DNA of 20,000 nucleotides, taken from the IMG/VR virus record IMGVR_UViG_3300042368_000845. One strand, written 5' to 3'. The stretch's first letter is position 1. Every line of letters starts with the position of its first letter. The DNA comes from an uncultured virus (IMG/VR IMGVR_UViG_3300042368_000845). Its lineage: Duplodnaviria > Heunggongvirae > Uroviricota > Caudoviricetes. The position numbers were made by a program, and so were the translations under genes. Below the pieces are notes generated by a model. The model saw only the letters and a list, made by a program, of their open reading frames with translations. It made no database searches and was not told where the DNA came from. Below, piece by piece: positions 15,746-20,000 of this stretch.

Positions 15746-16114
15746 ATGAACACCAAGTGCTATACTCTTGTTAGTGAGGCAAACAAAAGCAATCAGGCCT
15801 CCAAGCGTAGTGAGATGCTTTTCCTGATCGAACATGATCAGGATGGAAAGCCGCACAGCGGCACGGTTGTTGAATTTTTCGATGAACACAACGAGATGTG
15901 TGATGACTTCATGATTCGGGACGAGGGACATACCCTTGTGATCTCATCAAAGTTATCATACCCGATTCAGACGATTCGGCGTGTGTGGAATTGCCTCATC
16001 ACGAATAAGCCATTGTACGGGATGAGTTTTACACGAACCGACAAGATGTGTGCGAATGCACAAAATCTTGTGAATGAAATTCAGAGCGAACATGGCTATT
16101 CCGTGTTGACCTGA
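15746..16114 (+). CDS. Hypothetical protein (RxxWxxL family)
   Basis: SYPIQTIRRVWNCL. Confidence 0.75.
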   Translation: MNTKCYTLVSEANKSNQASKRSEMLFLIEHDQDGKPHSGTVVEFFDEHNEMCDDFMIRDEGHTLVISSKLSYPIQTIRRVWNCLITNKPLYGMSFTRTDKMCANAQNLVNEIQSEHGYSVLT

Positions 16115-16134
16115 CGACCAACCAAAGGTAGAAT
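16106..16134 (+). promoter_or_regulatory. Sigma70-type promoter, leaderless geometry
   Basis: TTGACC-17-TAGAAT-ACCCAC-ATG(16141). Confidence 0.85.
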
Positions 16135-16140
16135 ACCCAC

Positions 16141-16554
16141 ATGAGCAACGAGAACACCACCGCTTCCGAAATGCAGCACCCCGAACTCGACATTGTGGAT
16201 CGACTGCTTACCAAGCCTCCGCTACACATCCTTACGAATATGGATCTCGTAAAGGCAGCGGACGAGATCGTTGTTCTTCGTGCAATGCAGACCGCGTATC
16301 AGATTGAGATTCAGAAAATCTTTGAGGAGAACGCAAAACTCAAGGCCGAAGCAAAGGAACTCCACGAAATGGTGGATGATCTTTCGGGGTGGGTTGCAGG
16401 GGTCGAAGCGGACAACGACACTCTTCGCAAGGAGATTGCTCGACTCAAGGAAGAGCGTGATGCGGCACGACGAGATTTCTGCAATGCGTCTTACGACGAT
16501 CCGCATTTGGTCGCACGGGAACGGGAATGGGACTGCTTTGGGAAAATGAAATGA
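16141..16554 (+). CDS. Coiled-coil protein, tandem paralog 1
   Basis: AADEI...ERDAARRDFC...REWDCF. Confidence 0.8.
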   Translation: MSNENTTASEMQHPELDIVDRLLTKPPLHILTNMDLVKAADEIVVLRAMQTAYQIEIQKIFEENAKLKAEAKELHEMVDDLSGWVAGVEADNDTLRKEIARLKEERDAARRDFCNASYDDPHLVAREREWDCFGKMK

Positions 16555-16970
16555 GCAACGAAAACACAAAGTTTCTTCGTGATTTTGCGAATGCGAACAT
16601 CGACTCGTTTGAAGAGTGGCATCTTCATATGCTCCGCAATGCGGCAAATGAGATCGAAAACCTGATCGAAGAACGCAACTCCGCACGATGGGAAGTCTGT
16701 GAGTTGACGAGCAATGGGTCAATCGACTCCGCATCACGGGTGGCAATCGAGCGTGGATGGGATATCGCCAACGAGGATGAGATAATCAACTATTTCTGCG
16801 ATCATTGCGGGGATGCCATTGACTCTCGAAATGTTGTTTTCTATAATGCACTCCCGCAGGACATTGCGAGTGCGAACAAGGGAGAATCGGCAACGACGTG
16901 CCGCAAGTGCTGTGAGATGATCGACGCAAACGCAAACAATCAGGACTTCCGTAGCACGGATATGGGTTGA
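16551..16970 (+). CDS. Coiled-coil paralog 2 with C-terminal CxxC...CxxC
   Basis: Start reset to ATG 16551 (ATGA overlap); AANEI...ERNSARWEVC...RGWDI; CDHC and CRKC. Confidence 0.8.
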   Translation: MSNENTKFLRDFANANIDSFEEWHLHMLRNAANEIENLIEERNSARWEVCELTSNGSIDSASRVAIERGWDIANEDEIINYFCDHCGDAIDSRNVVFYNALPQDIASANKGESATTCRKCCEMIDANANNQDFRSTDMG

Positions 16971-16995
16971 CACCCACGAACCAATTTGGTACAAT
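16967..16995 (+). promoter_or_regulatory. Sigma70-type promoter, leaderless geometry
   Basis: TTGACA-17-TACAAT-ACCACC-ATG(17002). Confidence 0.9.
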
Positions 16996-17001
16996 ACCAC
17001 C

Positions 17002-17307
17002 ATGAGCAACACCAATACCATCTCCGATTCGCTCTCACGCATCAATCTCATCGACAACACCTACAACAAGGGATTCACGATGACGTTTCAGAATCGCATC
17101 ACGGTTTCGATTCGTTGGGGTAGTTGCAACTACTCCGATGGCAAGACCACGGCAGAGTGTGCCGCGTGGAATGCGGATAACCATGCTTGGGTTCATGTCA
17201 TTGGTTTCAACTACTACGACAACGACGTGCTTGGGCATCTCACCTCTGACGATGTGGCAAGGTTCATTTACATGGCATCGACCATGACATTGGGAGTCAA
17301 CGGATGA
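17002..17307 (+). CDS. Hypothetical phage protein
   Basis: 101 aa; KGFTMTFQNRITVSIRWG. Confidence 0.8.
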   Translation: MSNTNTISDSLSRINLIDNTYNKGFTMTFQNRITVSIRWGSCNYSDGKTTAECAAWNADNHAWVHVIGFNYYDNDVLGHLTSDDVARFIYMASTMTLGVNG

Positions 17308-17414
17308 GAGATTTCATTGACAAAACATTTGAGTTCTACACGAATCCACGGTTTCTGCTGTGGATGGTTGTGGCAACTCTCATTCTTCTCAACCTTGTGG
17401 TATACCTAAAATGA
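17304..17414 (+). CDS. 36-aa single-TM peptide
   Basis: MRDFIDKTFEFYTNPRFLLWMVVATLILLNLVVYLK; ATGA overlaps at both ends. Confidence 0.7.
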   Translation: MRDFIDKTFEFYTNPRFLLWMVVATLILLNLVVYLK

Positions 17415-17605
17415 AAAAGAACACAAAAAACACATCAACCAAGTCAAAGACGAACAAATCAATTACAGACAAGATTTGGGGCATTCGTGAAGCCCTCGAC
17501 CACATCATGTTTTTGATTGATGAGGGTAATATCAGTCAAAATGACATCTATTATCGACTTGAGTCTATCCATGAAAAACTGGAAAGGCTTGAGGAATCGC
17601 TGTAA
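17411..17605 (+). CDS. 64-aa helical protein
   Basis: Start reset to ATG 17411. Confidence 0.7.
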   Translation: MKKNTKNTSTKSKTNKSITDKIWGIREALDHIMFLIDEGNISQNDIYYRLESIHEKLERLEESL

Positions 17606-17610
17606 AGTCA

Positions 17611-17639
17611 TTGACCACCACGAACCATTTTGGTACAAT
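17611..17639 (+). promoter_or_regulatory. Sigma70-type promoter, leaderless geometry
   Basis: TTGACC-17-TACAAT-GTACCC-ATG(17646). Confidence 0.85.
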
Positions 17640-17645
17640 GTACCC

Positions 17646-18098
17646 ATGCCAACGACTCAACACAATTCCATGCGTTCCACTCAATACCGTGCGGGTGAGA
17701 TCCCGATGCCGCACCACACGTTTGAGGATTTCGCCATGCCTCTCGTCTATGCGTTGATCGAAACCAATTCGGAATACAACATGAAGTTCGCACGGGTCTA
17801 CACACCGAACCCTTGGCATCCCACCGAAGTTCGTTTCTATGACTGGATTCTCTCCTCCGATGGCACTTGGCGACGGACGATGGGCAGTTCATTTGGCAGT
17901 CTTGAAGCGGCCCGTGCAGACTGGCTTTCCCGCAAGGCGAAGGGACATATCCCGCAGGATGTGATTGCGAATCCGCTCAACGGGGACAAGCGTGTGTGGT
18001 GGGATGAGTTTGCGAACAATTTCTGCTCGCAGGGAACCTACGGATTCCACGAACTCATTCGTGCGTACAAGAACGAATACCCACGGAAAGTCGCTTGA
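17646..18098 (+). CDS. Hypothetical protein
   Basis: MPTTQHNS...; start reset to 17646. Confidence 0.8.
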   Translation: MPTTQHNSMRSTQYRAGEIPMPHHTFEDFAMPLVYALIETNSEYNMKFARVYTPNPWHPTEVRFYDWILSSDGTWRRTMGSSFGSLEAARADWLSRKAKGHIPQDVIANPLNGDKRVWWDEFANNFCSQGTYGFHELIRAYKNEYPRKVA

Positions 18099-18123
18099 CG
18101 TAAACCAACTGGAAAGGTAGAAT
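18095..18123 (+). promoter_or_regulatory. Sigma70-type promoter, leaderless geometry
   Basis: TTGACG-17-TAGAAT-ACCACG-ATG(18130). Confidence 0.85.
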
Positions 18124-18129
18124 ACCACG

Positions 18130-18249
18130 ATGGCACGACGATATCGACCACTCATCGACGGTGATGATCCAAAGAACATCGAATGGATCACAATTATTGG
18201 TGTTCCAGTAGGAATCATTATTGCATTCCTCGTCTGTTGGATCTTCTGA
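18130..18249 (+). CDS. 39-aa tail-anchored membrane peptide
   Basis: MARRYRPLIDGDDPKNIEWITIIGVPVGIIIAFLVCWIF. Confidence 0.7.
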   Translation: MARRYRPLIDGDDPKNIEWITIIGVPVGIIIAFLVCWIF

Positions 18250-18259
18250 CCAAAAAGAC

Positions 18260-18287
18260 TTGACAAAAAAACCAACAAAGGTACAAT
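18260..18287 (+). promoter_or_regulatory. Sigma70-type promoter, leaderless geometry
   Basis: TTGACA-16-TACAAT-ACCACC-ATG(18294). Confidence 0.8.
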
Positions 18288-18293
18288 ACCACC

Positions 18294-18443
18294 ATGAGCA
18301 ACCAATCAAACAACTTCGACCATTTCGACACGCAGATTCAGTCTGATGAACTCATCCCTGATGGGTATGAGGACTACATTCAGGATGGGGATTGGGAGTA
18401 CGACATCTTCATCCATGATGATTGGGATGATGAGGAAGAGTGA
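18294..18443 (+). CDS. 49-aa very acidic, aromatic-rich peptide
   Basis: MSNQSNNFDHFDTQIQSDELIPDGYEDYIQDGDWEYDIFIHDDWDDEEE; no K or R. Confidence 0.75.
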   Translation: MSNQSNNFDHFDTQIQSDELIPDGYEDYIQDGDWEYDIFIHDDWDDEEE

Positions 18444-18467
18444 GTAGAGAGAGAGAGTCTTGGACAA

Positions 18468-18691
18468 GTAAAGAAATCTTTACGAATAGGTAAAGAGTAA
18501 GTCGGCTGGTTTCCCATAGGGAAGATACCGTGGTTGTATACCACCTCGTCGCAGCCTATTCAACCTTGGAAGGGTTATGAATCCCTGTGTTTGCCGAACA
18601 GTAATATCGGCTTCTTGTCAAGGAAAAAGTAAAGAATCATAAAGAAATCTTTGTGAAACTTTATGATTTGCATATTTGAATAAAATATGCA
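18468..18691. other. Non-coding island of palindromes/hairpins and TAAAGA repeats
   Basis: About 8 inverted repeats; TAAAGAAATCTTT at 18469 and 18640. Confidence 0.5.
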
Positions 18692-18732
18692 CCTACTGCC
18701 ATAATGACAGGTGTGGTCAGAATGACGGTATA

Positions 18733-18777
18733 GGGGTCAGAGTGGGGCAAAGTGGGGGAAAGTGTAGAGGGGTGTTG
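18733..18777 (+). repeat. 10-bp periodic GTG(GGG) direct repeats / four G-tracts
   Basis: GTG at 18742, 18752, 18762, 18772. Confidence 0.6.
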
Positions 18778-18815
18778 GCATAAACTTCCCACCCGCAGAC
18801 ACACTCAAATAATTT

Positions 18816-19061
18816 TTAGAGGTAGCGTAGATCCTCTATAAACCGTTTTGGTATCTTTTCCACGGTTGAGCAGCCCTCCGAATGGAACGCCCGTATGAGG
18901 CTTATATGCGATTCAGAGACAAATGCCAAATAACCAACAGATTTTACCGTTGGGCATGGCTTCGCAGCCTCCTCAAGCATTTCATCAAGGTCATTCCAAC
19001 CAACCTGACCAACCTCTTCAGCGTCTACCCAAATGACTTCGACAATCGGATATTCAGGCAT
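18816..19061 (-). CDS. 81-aa hypothetical phage protein
   Basis: MPEYPIVEVIWVDA...GW...VGYL; GAGGGAG SD; start reset to 19061. Confidence 0.75.
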   Translation of the reverse strand: MPEYPIVEVIWVDAEEVGQVGWNDLDEMLEEAAKPCPTVKSVGYLAFVSESHISLIRAFHSEGCSTVEKIPKRFIEDLRYL

Positions 19062-19082
19062 AGAAATCTCCCTCTTTATGTA

Positions 19083-19111
19083 TTGACAAGAGGAAAAAAG
19101 AAAGGTAGAAT
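19083..19111 (+). promoter_or_regulatory. Sigma70-type promoter, leaderless geometry
   Basis: TTGACA-17-TAGAAT-ACCACC-ATG(19118). Confidence 0.9.
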
Positions 19112-19117
19112 ACCACC

Positions 19118-19372
19118 ATGAGTCAACTACGACAACTTCTGAAGTCAGGCAAGACGGTCTTCGTGCGGTTTGAGAAGGCGGATGGTTCAATCCGTCACAT
19201 GATCTGCACTCAAAACTTTCACATGATTCCGAAAGAGAATCATCCTGCAAAGAATCCCATGCAGTACGACAAGGCACAGATTCGGGTTTGGGATGTCGCC
19301 GCAAAGGAGTGGCGATCCATGCGAGAGGAACGAATTCAAGAATTTTCAGAATACACCGCACAGGTGGCTTGA
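19118..19372 (+). CDS. WYL_2 / Sm-like SH3 beta-barrel protein
   Basis: VRFEKADGSIRHMICT...VWDVAAKEWRSMR. Confidence 0.85.
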   Translation: MSQLRQLLKSGKTVFVRFEKADGSIRHMICTQNFHMIPKENHPAKNPMQYDKAQIRVWDVAAKEWRSMREERIQEFSEYTAQVA

Positions 19373-19398
19373 CAGCCTCCCGTGTGACGTGGTAGAAT
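19369..19398 (+). promoter_or_regulatory. Sigma70-type promoter with no downstream ATG
   Basis: TTGACA-18-TAGAAT followed by the hairpin 19399-19433. Confidence 0.7.
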
Positions 19399-19544
19399 AC
19401 CCCCAAAGGACAGGTGGGCTGTCCTGCGGGGGTTGATAGTGCTGGTCACAGCGTTGATAGTACGTCACAATCGCTAAATTATTATCGGAAAGTCATTCTG
19501 ACTCTATAAAATGTCACAATAATGTGATAAAACACCAAAACTAT

Positions 19545-19564
19545 CAACTTCCTTGCGGAAGTTG
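19545..19564 (-). terminator. Probable terminator hairpin (GCAA loop)
   Basis: CAACTTCC-GCAA-GGAAGTTG-ATAGTTTT on minus, downstream of 19602. Confidence 0.5.
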
Positions 19565-19601
19565 GGTGGAGTGAGATGTCACGGCCACCCTCTGAGCGTC
19601 A

Positions 19602-19844
19602 CTATGAACGCCTATGAACAAGATCAAGTCCTGCGAAGTATGCGTCTGTCGCACTACAACGAGTGTTGTGAAAGAACTCCTTGGAGAAGTCACCTCCGTC
19701 CTCCAATGCGTCAATCATCCCGTGAATGCGAGAGAGGGCCAACTGCAAATCGTGCTGAGTTGAGAGCCTGTGCTGTCCTGTCGCAAGGTTCTTGATGGCG
19801 AGGTCGATGCGATTGATAATACGATCGAAAACTTCGTCTTGCAT
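19602..19844 (-). CDS. Hypothetical helical protein
   Basis: 80 aa; AAGGAG SD and own promoter. Confidence 0.75.
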   Translation of the reverse strand: MQDEVFDRIINRIDLAIKNLATGQHRLSTQHDLQLALSRIHGMIDALEDGGDFSKEFFHNTRCSATDAYFAGLDLVHRRS

Positions 19845-19874
19845 GGCAGTCTCCTTGGTTCGGGGTGAGACGCC

Positions 19875-19903
19875 ATTGTACCAAAAAGGTCACTCAGGGT
19901 CAA
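19875..19903 (-). promoter_or_regulatory. Sigma70-type promoter, leadered transcript
   Basis: TTGACC-17-TACAAT, 30 nt before ATG 19844. Confidence 0.8.
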
Positions 19904-19928
19904 GGCGTAAAGAAAGAATTTAGGGAAT

Positions 19929-19987
19929 ACTATCAACTTTGGGGTTATGGGTCTATGCGTTCGCAAAATAACCCCAAAGTTGATAGT
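19929..19987. repeat. 20-bp perfect inverted repeat with 19-nt spacer
   Basis: ACTATCAACTTTGGGGTTAT ... ATAACCCCAAAGTTGATAGT. Confidence 0.9.
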
Positions 19988-20000
19988 TTTTGACTAAAAG

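Noticed and set aside
13186..18309. Numerous minus-strand ORFs in the plus-strand early cluster
   Set aside because: Antisense to tightly packed, promoter-supported plus-strand genes
10995..18691. tRNA, tmRNA or RNase P in the hairpin islands
   Set aside because: No T-loop GTTCRA cloverleaf with CCA end and no RNase P signature recognised by eye
14810..19117. CRISPR-like array suggested by recurring ~38-bp units
   Set aside because: Units are degenerate promoters separated by whole genes, not identical repeats with uniform spacers
19062..19406. N-terminal extension of ORF 18816-19406
   Set aside because: Overlaps the WYL_2 gene antisense; SD supports a start at 19061

Overview
Segment of a large T4-like (myovirus-type) phage genome, inferred from TATAAATA-type late promoters, a cUUCGg terminator, a PD-(D/E)XK exonuclease, an FmdB-type Zn ribbon and a CobS/CobT-like AAA+/vWA pair. 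The left ~6.2 kb is AT-rich and holds mostly minus-strand late/virion-type genes. The rest is visibly GC-richer and is a dense accessory/early region of small ORFs. Most striking: about 18 start codons sit exactly 6 nt behind their own sigma70-type -10 box (TTGxxx-N17-TAxxxT-N6-ATG, no Shine-Dalgarno), implying systematic leaderless expression. One such promoter fires into ATG-TAA followed by a hairpin stack (candidate ncRNA). Also present: two more hairpin-dense intergenic islands, a 9-mer (ACTATCAAC) seen 8 times, Pho-box-like and MraZ-box-like periodic repeats, and two wHTH paralogs bracketing the AAA+/vWA module. Several supplied ORF starts were corrected, and ORFs under 60 aa were added by manual translation. 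Family assignments come from motif recognition only; no searches were run.
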